A stretch of 64,000 nucleotides of DNA. Origin: Raillietiella orientalis. Taxonomy: Eukaryota. Positions 27,165-39,235 of the stretch are shown here, piece after piece. The position numbers were made by a program, and so were the translations under genes. The stretch is from contig JAYWIR010000024.1 in NCBI GenBank assembly GCA_036172245.1, positions 2,976,001 through 3,040,000 on the forward strand, written 5' to 3'. The notes below the pieces were generated by a model. It searched no databases, was not told where the DNA came from, and saw nothing but the letters and a program-made list of their open reading frames with translations. Each line of letters starts with the position of its first letter. Position 1 is the first letter of the stretch.

Positions 27165-29858
27165 GGGCTCGGAAGGGATCGTCGGCTGTGGGAATCTTCA
27201 TCGATCCTCCTTGCCTTTTTGCGTGCCGTTGTCATGGCTTGGAGTTCCTTCGGGAGATCTCGCGGAAACGCACGCAGCCGCCAGGAGCCTCCCCTTTTGC
27301 GCAGGGGCTGACCTGTGGCTCCCCGCCGTTTGCCTTGATTTCGCTTCGGGGTGGCCCTGGAGAAGGGAGGAGGGGCCACGGGCGCGAACGGGGCAGCTGA
27401 TGATGCCTTCCTGCCGGGCTTCGAGCGAGGCGCCCCCGGGTGGAGTGGGGGTCGGTCTGTGCACGCGGCCTAAACAGGCCCGAGGGAACCGCCGCTGCAG
27501 TCGTCGCGGAAGGAGCCGTCACGTTGCGAAAGAGCGGCCACAGAAGTGAGGAGGAGAGAGTTCACGTGAAGGAGAGGTGGTCGGGAGGACGGAAGAGGAA
27601 GGGGGGGGGGAGGTTGCTAGTGGGATCCAGCGGCAACCTGGTCCGCCGCGTCGAAAACGCTGTGCGGAACGTTGGGATGTTGCGATGCGCACTGCCGAGG
27701 ACCAGCAGCGGAAATTTATCACTCAGCGTGATAAGCGCTCTCTTAGCTTATGAAATCACAGAGCTCTTCGATAACGCCATTCCGGCCGGCTGCTGATGGA
27801 TGGCGCAAATTTCGAGGCTCCTAAGAGCCCATCGCGACGGGGGCAAGCGCGCGTGCCTTTTGGATCCGTCGCCGCTGCACCATCCGCGTGCTGCATCCCG
27901 GAAGAGGACGGGGGGGGGGGAGGCGCTCGGTGTTTCGCTCCCTCTTTCAGGAGGGTCGCCGGAGGGACAGCGAGCGCTCAGGCACCCCGTTCCCTCCCCC
28001 GCCCCGCCTACCAACGATAAGGAGAGCGCCCAAAGGTGCAAGGAAAAAGGCAAAGAAAAAAAAAAGGGAGATCCGTCCGCTCGGCCCTCACAAAGGGGAA
28101 CTGTTCGGATCTTCAAAGTCCTCCTCCCCCGCATGAGGTGAGCGCAAGAGACGTCGTGTGGATGCATTGCAACAACACGTGCCCACTCTGGGGGAAAGGG
28201 ACTTGAACTTGGGCAGCGGGGCGACGAGCGTCGGCCGCGGCTCTCTCTGGCGGAGCGACCTCGAACAGCGCGCCGCAGCGGGCGTGCACACGCATCCTCC
28301 TGCCATCTACGGGGTGATTTGGAAACCTCGAAGAGAGGGTTTTTTTTGATGCGTCTTCTCGTTGCTCTGCGCGCCGCCGTCGTGGTATCTTACTCCGTAA
28401 CCGGAGCTCCTTCCCCGTTTCCAGATCAGACTCTGTCCCATCCCCTCGATTCTTCTTCGCAAAAGAGGAGAACGGCTGTGGAGCGCAGAGCTGCTACATC
28501 CATTCGTTCCCTCTCCTGCGCCAGTTGAGCTCCCTCCAGGAGCCTCGGATCCCTGCCGGTAGGCCTCTTCGGCAGCTCTCGTTTGCCCTGGAAGCCTTCC
28601 GGGAAGCTCAGCAGGCGCTAGGGGAAACGAGTGCTTGCTCCCCTTCTCGCGGCGAGCAGAAGGGGGTTCGGAAGAGCGCCTGGAGGCGGGAACGCGGAGC
28701 TGTCGTCGCCGTCGTCGGATCTTCCTCGGTGCTTGGTGAACGCGTCCCTTCCCGTCTCGGAGAGACATGCGAAGATCCACAAGATGGAGAGACTCGGACA
28801 GGGAGGGAGGGGTGCAGGCGTCGGAGGCCAGGCATCATGCATAGCCGGGGCAGGGAAGACGGGTCTTTCGCGCCCCTGTACCCCGCCAGCGGTCCCGCCT
28901 TTCCCGTTCTCTCTCTCTTCCCCAGCCAGGGGATCCGAGGACGGTGGGTGGATGCTGCTAGCCGAGGAGACCGAAGGGTGGGTACGGAAGGGGAGGGGCA
29001 CACCCACTCCCCTCCGTGCCTCTCACCTTCCTGCCAGGTAGCCTGTGACCCGCCTCGTCCTCTTCTTTTCCAGGAGGGAGCATGAAGGGAGGGGGATGAG
29101 CGCTGCAGGCAAAAGATGCCACTCTTTTCCTCCCTTGGGGCAGAGGCGGGGGGGCTCCACTCCCTTCCAACTCTCCGCAGAGGGCGCGGCTAGCACGAGA
29201 AGGGGGCCGCACCCGATCACACCTGCCCATCCTCTGGGGGTGCGCCTCTCCGCGATGTTGGCGGGCCCGGAGGGCGTTCCAGCACTCTCCGTCCTCTTCC
29301 TATGTGAATCGGTTCTCCTTCTCGGCGACACAAAGGCGTTCCGAGTGCGACGGGGTGGAGCCACGCCTGGAGACTTCGCTCCTGCCTCCGAGGCGAAGCG
29401 GCTCCCAGGCCCTCCTCGGCCGTTCTGCGGCCATGGAGGCGCTGCTCTCGGCGTTTCCATGGTCTCCAGAATCCTCTGGCGTGCCGCGCACTCGCGGACT
29501 GGTCTGCCAGAGCCTCATGCCGCCGCCGCCGCCACCAGACCACCCTGACCCACGCTTTCCTTCCCCCCCCCCCTGCTGTGCCTACTACCACGCCGGGAGC
29601 AAGCAGGAGGAAGGCACAGCCAAGTCGATCGCTGGGCGGCGCTTGCGGACGCCGTGCTGCCGCCACCCTTCCGGAGGTTCCTCGTCAGGTCGGGGGAGCG
29701 GGGGTCAAAGTCAAGCACTTCGTAGCACGCCGGCCTCTTTCCACTCGCGACGGCGTTCTTTGCCCGTTCCCTGGTGCGCCCTTCCCCCCTCTCCGGCCAG
29801 CCAGCCCCAGCAGGGCCGCTGCTCACGCTGCAGTGCTGATGATGTACGGCTCTGTCTG

Positions 29859-29864
29859 TTTATT
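29859..29864 (-). promoter_or_regulatory. Putative polyadenylation signal of big bang
   Basis: TTTATT on + (AATAAA on -) ~190 nt past the TGA at 30057-30059, in GC-rich surroundings. Confidence 0.6.
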
Positions 29865-30056
29865 GGAGTGCGGGTGTGGGGCAGGCGGCTTCGGCGTATC
29901 GTGCGAGTCCTCGCTACCTCCCCTCCCCTCCCTCCGGGGCAAGGGGTAGCCAGAGGCGACGCGTGCTCGTTCGCCTCAGCCGCGGTCCACGGACGACGGC
30001 GGCGCCTGCCTTCCTCCTCGTTCGATGGTGGTGTTGGCCCGCCGTGAGCGCGGGCC

Positions 30057-33000
30057 TCAGGAGATGGGGGCCGGCAGTCTCTTGCGGACCGTGAGGGTGA
30101 CGCAGCCGTCCGGGAGGCGCTTCATCGCGTTCCAGGCCTCGATCCGCGCCATGCCGCGGACGTCCATGCCGTTCACCTGTACCAGCTGGTCTCCCGGCGA
30201 GAGCACACCCTGCTTCTCCGCCAGCCCTCCTGGAGGCAGGGCAGCCGGTCATTGGCTTTGGGGACGTTCCGCACCACCTACCGGAAAACAGCTTCTTGAT
30301 GACCAAGGGGCGGTCTCCCTGGGGGGAGTCCCTGCCGCCCTCAAGGCTGAAGCCCAGGCCGGAGCCGTCCTTCTGGAAGGAGACGCAGACGGAGGGGCCG
30401 AACTGATCGTTATCTGCTAGATGTCGAGCCAAAGTGGGCGGGGGCAGCGGGATGCTGCGTACCTGCTGAGAAGGTTCCCAAACCGTGGACGTCCGGGCAG
30501 GTGGCACGCCGTATCTGCTCGATCCACGAGGACGACGACGCGCAGCCGCTGCTGCCGTCGGCGGCTGCCGGCGCGTCCTCCTGAGGCGTCGCAGACCGGC
30601 TGCGGGAGGCGACCAGAACCACTTCGGGACGAGGGGCCTGGAGGAAAGGGGGGACATCTGGTGCGGAAGGGTGCGCACACACCTTCAGGAAAGTCAGCGC
30701 GTCCTTGTGCGTGACGCCTTTCATGCTCTTCCCATTTATGGACAAGATGCGGTCTCCTTTCTGGATGCGTCCATCGCGATCGGCCACGCTGCCGGAGATG
30801 ACCTTGTGCACCTGGGACAGGGGGAAAGGTGGGAGGAGAGTTGGGGCGAGGAGGGGGAGGGGATGCGACGCTCACCGTGACCTCCTTGTTCTCATAGTCG
30901 GAACCTCCTGCCAGCGTGATGCCGATCCCCCCTGTGGAGTTTTCCCTGTGCAGCACCACCACGAGGATCTCATGGGAAAGCGTGCCCGACTCCTCCATGG
31001 ACTGGTTGGCGTCGTCGAGGAGCTGCTGCAGCTCCTGGGGAGGGCCAGAAGGGAGAGGAGGAACGCGTCCGTTCGGGCAGGTGCGCGCGCGCTGCGCGCC
31101 TTGCCTGAGGGGAGATGAGGCTCGTCGAGGAGGCCAGCGAGGTGACGGATCCTGACTCCCGCAGGCACCCCAGCGTGGGGATGCTGCTGTCCTCGCTGGT
31201 TGTGGAGTCCAGGGACGAGAAACGGAGATGCTGATAGGACGAGGACGAGGACGCGTCCTTCCTGGCCGACAGAAGGCGCCTCTCGTAGTTGTCCCGGAGG
31301 TCGCGCACCGCGGTGCAGGGCGCCTGGTCCACGCATAGGCGCGGGACGCCTGTCCCGTCCGCCCAGTCGTCCACGGCGTGGGCCAAGGGTGTCGAGGATC
31401 CTGGAACCGGGAGAAAGGCAGGGGTAGGGTAGCTCGAGGTTCACTCATCTTCTCCTGGGCGAGGAGGGACAGGGAGAGCGCGCGACCTCCGGGAGGCCTC
31501 CCGACCGCAGGGCAAACCCCGTCGTCTCCCCCCTCCTCCTCCGGAAGGCGCGAGCGTATTCGGCGCGGGGCTCCGGGTACCGCCATGTTGCTTCCGGATA
31601 TCTTTGAGCACCCTGCCTTTCTTGTGTCCAGCAGCCTCCGTCCCACCTGCTGGACGAGGACGAGGAGGAGGAGGAGGAAGGGGGAGAGGTGCGTTCCTGG
31701 GCAGGTTGAGGAGGTGCGTGGAAGGGGGGGGGAGGAAGGGGGAGGGAAGCCTCTGAGGAGCTCGTGTGGTCTTCTCCAGAGACAGGCAGCGGACAGACGC
31801 AGGGACGGAGCGCGCGAGGGCATGCGCGTGCGCGACAGACAGCGAGAGGTCAGGGTGTCCTTGGCGGCGAGCACATGATGTCTTACGGGAGCAGGTTCCT
31901 GCAGCGGCAACCTCGGCGAGGGAGTGCCCTTGACTGGCGATGGTCTCCCACTTCTTTGCCAACGCCTTGATGTCCACCCGTAGTCTGATAGAGGCCTCTG
32001 ACCGCGTGTTCTGGGCGGCCGGCGCCTGGCTCTCCAGCATTCGTTTTCGCTCCTCTACGAGCACCCCCTCCAGAAGGTTGTCCAGTGAGCCGGTCGTGCG
32101 GTCCCCATCAGTATCGACGTGGTCGTCGTCGCCGCGTAGGCGGGAGGCCATGGGGGAGAGGGCGAGTGCGGGGGCTGCCTGCCTGGGAGAGGTGCCGCCG
32201 TCCTCATCGGAACACTTGACCAGGCTGGAGAGACTGCGGAACCTCCGGAAGTCCGGCAGGCGACAGGTGGCGGCAGAAGGCTCCGGGAGGGCGGGTGCCC
32301 TGACCCTTCCGGAGGGGGGGGGGACTCGGGCCCACTCGGTCCTCCTGTCTTCGAATCCTCGGATGCGCTCCCGCACGCTGCACGTCGTCACGGCCGGCGG
32401 AGGCCTGGATTCGTTGGGGCGCGCATCCTCGTGCCGGGGTCGCTCGAAGGTCGAGACCAGGCTCTGGATCTTGGGCGACTCCATCCGGGGTATGGCGCTG
32501 AGCGACTTGAGCAGCTGGCGCCGCTGCAGGAAGGCGGCCTCCTCCTCTTCCTCCTCCTCCGTGCTGGTGGGTGTGCCTGGGCCGCCGCGGCGGGCAGGGA
32601 GAGAGAAAGTTTTTCAGCAGCCTTTTCTTCCCTCCTTCCCCGCGAGATTTCCACCTCCCTCGGTCTCCCCCCCGCGCGCTGGAGCTCGGACTCAGCGGAG
32701 GAAAAGTTGCTCGATGACCCACCCTCGTCCCGGGATCCCAAGATCCGGCCAGACGCAAAGGCAAGTCACCAGGTCCAGCATAGGGGTGTGCGCGAAAAGG
32801 ATGAGGGAAAAAGGAGGGATGGAGGGGGAGAATGTCCTCCTCCCTCCACCTTTCCCTTTTCCTGGAGGAGGGAGAGTTGCCGGGTGATCCTCCAGCCAAG
32901 TCGACTGATATTCCCGCTTTCTGGGGGCGGAGGCACTGGCAGCAGCTGTCCGGAGTGGAGGAGACCCCGGCGGGACGGTCAGGGCACCGCTCACACCCCA

Positions 33001-34558
33001 ACCGCCGCGGTGCCCTGACCTCTCAGGCGAGCTGATTCTTCCCCCTCCTTTCTCCCCCTCCCTGGTGAGGTCGTTCGCCTCCCCCATTTAGGCCAGTGCG
33101 CGCACTCTCCTTAGTTGCATCCAGGCGTCGTGTCGCTGCTGGAGAGGAGCGCGGGATAGCAACGGCAGCGCCGACGGACGAGCGGGATCGATAGAGAGAA
33201 GGAAAGCATAGCGAGGAGAAGCAGCAGCTCTGGTCTCACCTGGGCCGTTGTGGAATCCGTTCTGAACGACGACGACCACGTCTTCATTCGCACGCGGAGG
33301 GTCTGCTGCTGCCACCACTCTCGGGGTCGAAGGGCACCTGCAACGATAGCACCGGCTCAGCCGCCTCCGTTTATTTACTGTCGCCACCACCACCGCCACC
33401 TGCGAGGAAATTTTCCTCACTCCTTTCCCTCACCCCACCCCCTCGCAGGTCGGGGCTGCGTTCCTTGGAAGCGAGGGATCTCTCCCGAGAACGCCGACAG
33501 CACCTATCACCCCATTCCCCGCCCTGTTCGCCATCTCCCGAGCGCGGTGCGGAAGGACTGGTTCGAGAGAGGAGGGAGGCGAACTCCGTTGGGAAACGAA
33601 GAGGGAAGAGAGCCAAGAATCTCCTCGAGGAGGGGGAGAAGGGGGGAGAGGAGGAGGAGGATCGGCCTTTGGAGCGGGCGCCGCCACTGACCAGAGAGGT
33701 ACAGGAGAGATACGCTTAGGCAGCAGCAGCAGCGAAGACGACGACGAGAATCGCGCTTTGCCACCTACCTGTCCGGGCCGGTGGTACTGGCGGGCCGGTG
33801 GCCGCCATTCACGGGCCCTCTTCTGCAAGGAGGAGGTGTCTTGACGCTTTCTGCGCTTCCGGCGGAGGAACTTTGCTCTCGGAGGGCCCAGACCCCGAAA
33901 TCGCGTTCCAGCTGCTCGAAAGGGAGCAGCACCTGCTCCAGGTCCACGGAGTCTTTGGTCAGGCAGTCGGAAAAGCTGTGGGCCCGAGACACGCTCTGGG
34001 AAGACGGTCCGGAAAAACTGGAGCTTCGGGACAGATGACCGCGCTGGTACCACGAGATGACCGTCGACGCGGAGCTGCCGGTCTCATCCGACTCGCTGCC
34101 GCCCCACAGAGCCCCTCCTCTGCGTTCCTCTTCCGCCAGGAGGTCGGTGTAAAACTCAGGGGTGGCCGGAGGTAGTTCCTGCTCGCTGTCGGAGAAGCCC
34201 TTCGGGGGGCTTAGGGTGAACGGTTCCGAGGGCCCGCGGATCTTCAGGCGGATCACCAAGGAGGAATCCCTGAACAGCCCGAGGCACTCGGAGCGAGTCA
34301 AACCGCTGACCGAGTAGCCGTCGATAGTCACGATGCGGTCGCCATCCCGGAGAGGCCCCCAGGAGAATCGCGCGCGGGACGCCGGACTGTTCTCGGCCAC
34401 CGACTGGATGTACAGCTTCGATCCATCTGGAGAGCCGCCTTCGAACCGGAGACCCAGTCCCAGCTTCTCTCCCGGCAGCCTGTATATGACTACCTCTTCT
34501 TCCTTGGCGCAAGAAGCCCCGTAGTCCGCACTCATCACGGGTGCTCCGTTCCTTGACT
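30057..34558 (-). CDS. bbg: Multi-PDZ scaffold, big bang / PDZD2 / pro-IL16 family (3 PDZ domains); exons ~34558-33769, 33337-33240, 32576-31887, 31400-31105, 31034-30876, 30811-30683, 30637-30463, 30416-30282, 30229-30057; 5' end unresolved
   Basis: N-terminal PDZ PGEKLGLGLRFEGG..KLYIQSVAENSPASRARFSWGPLRDGDRIVTIDG..LTRSECLGLFRDS; conserved linker HLRFSSLDSTTS..GSVTSLASSTSLISPQ/ELQQLLDDANQS; PDZ GIGITLAGGSDYENKEVT/VHKVISGSVADRDGRIQKGDRILSING; PDZ KDGSGLGFSLEGGRDSPQGDRPLVIKKLFS/GGLAEKQGVLSPGDQLVQVNG. Exon phases are mutually consistent. Middle exons (31.4-33.4 kb) and the first coding exon are less certain. Confidence 0.85.
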
Positions 34559-37500
34559 CTGGAAAAAGGGAAAGCTCATATTCGGCTGGGCATTCTTCGG
34601 CAGAGGTGGAAGAGGAGGAAACGTTCGCTGAGGACACTGGAAGGACTTGCCCCGACCCTTTCCATCTTCACCGCCGTCGGGAGAAAGCGCGACGGTACTG
34701 CGCTGCTGCCGCCGCCGCGGCGTGGGGAATGCCATCCAGAGAGGAGAGGAGGGCGGGGATTAAGGGAGCGAGAGAGACAGAGACAGAAAGAGGGGGTTCA
34801 CCTGCCTTTGGGCAATATGACGTGGACAGCGTCCGCAGATGCGCGAGTCACCTCAAGCACGCACGAATTCGCCAACGCCTCAGCGTCGAGCTGGCCTTGG
34901 CGCTCTTAGCGCGCAGAGAGCACGAGGAGAAAGAAAGCGCCTGCGGCAGGCGAGCACCAAAGCTCTCCGGATGTCTCGAGACACGCACAGCAGAGAGAAG
35001 AGGGCCGCCGGTGCGCTTTCGCTCCGGACGGGTCGTCCATTCGCAAGCGCATCCACGTGCATCCCTGCTTGGCGGCTGCTAATTAAGCAACAGTCTCTGC
35101 GTGTTCCTTTCCTCGTATTTTACAGGGTGCGTGAAAACACACACACACGCACGCACACACACACACACACACACAACCACTTCCTTGGAGAGAGGGAAGT
35201 TAGAAGAATGCGGGCAGCAGAGGGTCAAAGAGGGCCAGGTGTTCTTGAGGGGGTTGTCCTCTCCCTCCGGTCCGCACACAGCAAGCCGGTATGACAACTG
35301 TGCAAGAGAGCGCGCGCCTTTTTACTATAGCATCCTCGAGGGGAATGAGTGGGAAGAGATAATCCGCATTCCTTCCCCATGCCCGCGGGGATGACCCTAC
35401 AGTGATGTGCTGCTACTGTGCACGAATAAACCAACGGATGGTGTGTATGTTTTCAAGATAGTTTCGTGTGTTCGCGTGCTGTGAGCGTGACGCTGCGGCG
35501 CTCTGCTGCGCACGCACAGGAGCGGGCTGTTGGCGAGGCAAAAAGGGGCTCTCTTGTGGACTGCGGGCAAGCGTGTAATCGAGCAAGGAGCACACGCTCA
35601 CGTGACTGATACGAGAGCTCGCAGTCCTTCCTTTGAGCAATCCTCAGATTTCCCCGCTCGCCCTCCCCATCTTTCTCTTTCTCTTCACACACCCCTCCTT
35701 CTATCTTTCTTTCTCCATCGAGAGATCGCAAGCCTTTTCCAGAACCGTTGTTTCAGCAGCCACAGGCACAGCATGTCTGTGCTAATGGGAAAGCCCAAGC
35801 TGCGAACTATGGAATGGAACGAGCGTGCAACGAACTGCTGCCTAATCGTAGGAGACAAGTTTTTTAATGCCTTCGATCATTGCTCTGCCAAGGAAACCGG
35901 GCAAATGCCACACGTTTCCTCGTGTCCTGCTGAAAGCCGAAAATGCTTTCCTGCTTGCTTGCGGGTAAACTTATGTGCTTATCCGCGCGGGTTGCACCTC
36001 TGTGCATATGGGAAGCAGTAGCAGTTCAGGGCGAGCAGCCGATTGGCGACCAGGATTCCCCCTCCCCCCTCTCCCATATACGACAGGAACTGACGCGCCT
36101 ACTCCATCGTCAGTTCCTGCGATTCCCTGCACTGCCAGCAGGGTGCGCGGAGTACCGGTCGGACGGAGATCAGCTGAGAAGCGCCACCCCGGCGGGTGAG
36201 CATCGCGGAACGGTAGTCGACGGAGCAGTGACCAAGAGAATGGGGAAAACCCGATTCGCGAATCCGCCTCACGCCCGCCGACCACGCCTCGCTGTTCGCA
36301 CCGGTTCAGCTCGAGGATGCAAACTGCAAACTCGCTCGATGTGATGTCCTCCGACGTTCTTTGGTGACCAAGTGTGCAGGCGGACGCCATTTTCTTCCGG
36401 GAGGTCGGCATTCTGATACGTCCCTGAGGAATGCCAACCAACGAACGTTGTTCCTCCTCCTCCTCCTCCTCCTGCTGCGCTTGAATGGAGGCTGTCTGTA
36501 CAGCCATCGCTTCGAGACGGATGGGTGGCATAAACAATTCAAACGTAGGGCACTGCGTCACAGATGGGGTGTCATCATGTGGAGACGAAAAGCGCCTGCG
36601 GTTTACCAAGCACTCAAAAATGTGAGGACAGTTTCGCGAAAGCACTACCATGACTCATGTACGAGTCGAGAGATTACAGAAATCCGGGCAGACTCTGCTG
36701 CAAATGGCTCCGAATGCAACAAGAATCCTCGGGCTAAGGACTTCCTTCTATCTTTCTTTCTTTTTCCAACGATGAAGCGAGGGGGAAAAGCCCGCGTATT
36801 TCACACAGAGTAGGTCGACTCTCCCTCCGTTCCTCCTCAAGGGTCACTTTACTAATTAGGAAACTCACTCTGGGAAGACAAAGCGCGAGATTCCTTTAAA
36901 CTGAGGACAGCGCACATCGCAATTCCGCACCACTTTAGAGTATTACGGGAACTTCGAAGAGCAAAGGCCTGCTATTTACACGAAGCCAAGGGACATTGAG
37001 AAAACCTCCTCATTCGTATTCAGCTCACGAAATCAAACTTGCATCTAAAAATTGCTTTGAGGATCACTATTCTTGTACAAGAGATGAATGGAGAAAGTCA
37101 GGAGCATTCTACAACAAAGGCGAATGTTAGGGCGGCACTGATTACCAACTCTTTGGCAAAGTCGATAAGATCTCTTCAACACACGAAGGAGGAGGAAGAC
37201 TGAAAAAATTGAAATTCTGCCCGAGTAGGTTCAGCAAGATGAACCCATGGGTGAAAAAGAAAGAAAGAACTCTCGTTCGATGAAAACAGCCAAACTGGCA
37301 TGACATTCCAAGTCAAGGCTCAACAAGTGCGAAAACGTGGAAGGGTGCGTTGAATGGAAAAATGCACCCCTCCCTCCTTCTACAACCACAAAGGAATACG
37401 CGGTTTTGTGTGCAACTGTTTCGCACGAGTGACACGCGAACTTGCAGGCCACACGTAACACCACGCATGAGCTTCTTTTATTCTGTTTCGCCAATGATGT

Positions 37501-39201
37501 GGAGAAGTCTCAAGGCATGGCTCCGAGAGGTTTGCTTTCTGGCGAGGGAAGCCCGAATGAAACGAACGACTAAAGGGGTGGCCCAAGGAAGGGGGAACGA
37601 AAGCGAAATCCTCAAGCTGAAAAAAAAAGGCAACACACAGGCAGCGCCAGACTGGGATGCAGACTCGAAATATTATTGCTGTACGTTTCGGGGGCACATC
37701 CCGGCATGGAAAAGCATCTTCTTCCACACCGTTCCGGTTGCCCTCGTGACTTCCGGTCTCCGTCGCAGCTATTGCTTCTCGCTACCTCATGCTTTCGCTG
37801 GTCAATTCACTCATCTTATTCGTCCTATCCCGTCCAGCAGTCCCTCGTACCAATTTCCAGTGCGTGACGCGCGTTCAGAGGCGCCTGCTGGCATTTCGAA
37901 ACCGGGATGCAATCGAAGTGAAGGTCATTGCATCACTTCCTCCCGAAACCATGCAGCTCGCAGCTGTACGTCGGAACCGATTTTCCGATAGCCTCAAACT
38001 CTGTCCACTTTATTTCGACCATTTGTTGCTGATTTTCGAGCTTTCGTTCCTTGCAGGCCACGCCTGGACGCTCTCCCCCTGATCATTCCCTGAACGGAGG
38101 ACAGCGATCGCCGTTCCCTTTGGAAGGCTTCCGTGAAATCGGACTCCCAGATCATCGGGATATATTGCCTCAGATCATCCCCATAGCAGAGGACACGAAC
38201 CAGTCCATTCGAAAGATAAGGAAACACGTCTTTCGAGCAGCTATATAAACGCCCGTTACACGATACGAACTTACTGTTTCGCTCACCTGAAACCACTTAA
38301 TGCTCTTTTTATCAAGGAACACCAATATTGCTGTTCTCAACCGCTACCGAAGAACTTCCTCCTCATAAATAATTCAAGATGTTGAAACCGCCAAGATTTT
38401 GCAATCACCCGAAACGACTTTCGGACTCCCAGAACCTGGTGAGCAGCACCTGCTGCTCGAAAGGTAGGGAAGAAGGTTATAGTACAGTGGAAGAGGGAAT
38501 ACACGACCGGGAGGGCTGCGACCGAGCAGGCATCACGCCTCAAGTTTTGCCGAAGGATTCGGGATCCGGGACAGCATCCCATCCGGTGGCGCCCAGCTGG
38601 AAGGACGCCGTCGGAGACCCCTCAAACATTTTGCGAAAAACACAATCTCATTTACGGCACTGATTCGAGGAGCAGATCGTCTTCGTGAAGGGAATCAGAT
38701 CCTGCATAATGCAAAGGCAATAAATTGTAAATCATTCGGGAATCTGATTTTTCGAAGATGTGCACGTGTTCAAATAACCCATTCCGTAGCATAACCTTCT
38801 CCTATGCCACCGGTGGTTTATTTGCTGTACGGAAAATGCCACGTGACCGGATCGGGCAGGAAATCTCCCGAAGCTCTTGAAGAAATGAAAGGTATGTTCT
38901 CGGCGGAAGTGGCTGCCGACTGCCGATGATCTGACAGCAAAGCTTTTCCTCGCAGCTACACTGCATGTGAGCTCAAAACGACTTCCGAACAAAACGCAGT
39001 ACAACTTGAACAAAATGCATCCCCGGCCCTTGCCACCTATTAAGGCACACATTCTTGCGCAAGTCCAAAGAGTACATTTTCTTCTTCTTCCATGCAGACT
39101 TCTGTGCAGCTTGCAGTAATCATTCCCATTTCCATTCTCTCACGGTTACCATTCATTGAGGAGAAGAAAGGAGAGCAACGTAAAACACACGTTTTTTTTC
39201 T

Positions 39202-39235
39202 GAGAGAGAGAGAGCGCGCGCGCGCGAGAGAGAGA
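39202..39235. repeat. Compound (GA)n(GC)n(GA)n microsatellite
   Basis: GAGAGAGAGAGAGCGCGCGCGCGCGAGAGAGAGA seen directly. Confidence 0.9.

Noticed and set aside
31401..31886. Single in-frame TGA (31441-31443) between two same-frame bbg ORFs, suggesting readthrough or selenocysteine
   Set aside because: A phase-compatible C|GTAAGA donor (31886) and TTCCAG acceptor (31401) remove it as an intron; no readthrough context or SECIS seen. An extra alternative exon inside is possible but unresolved.
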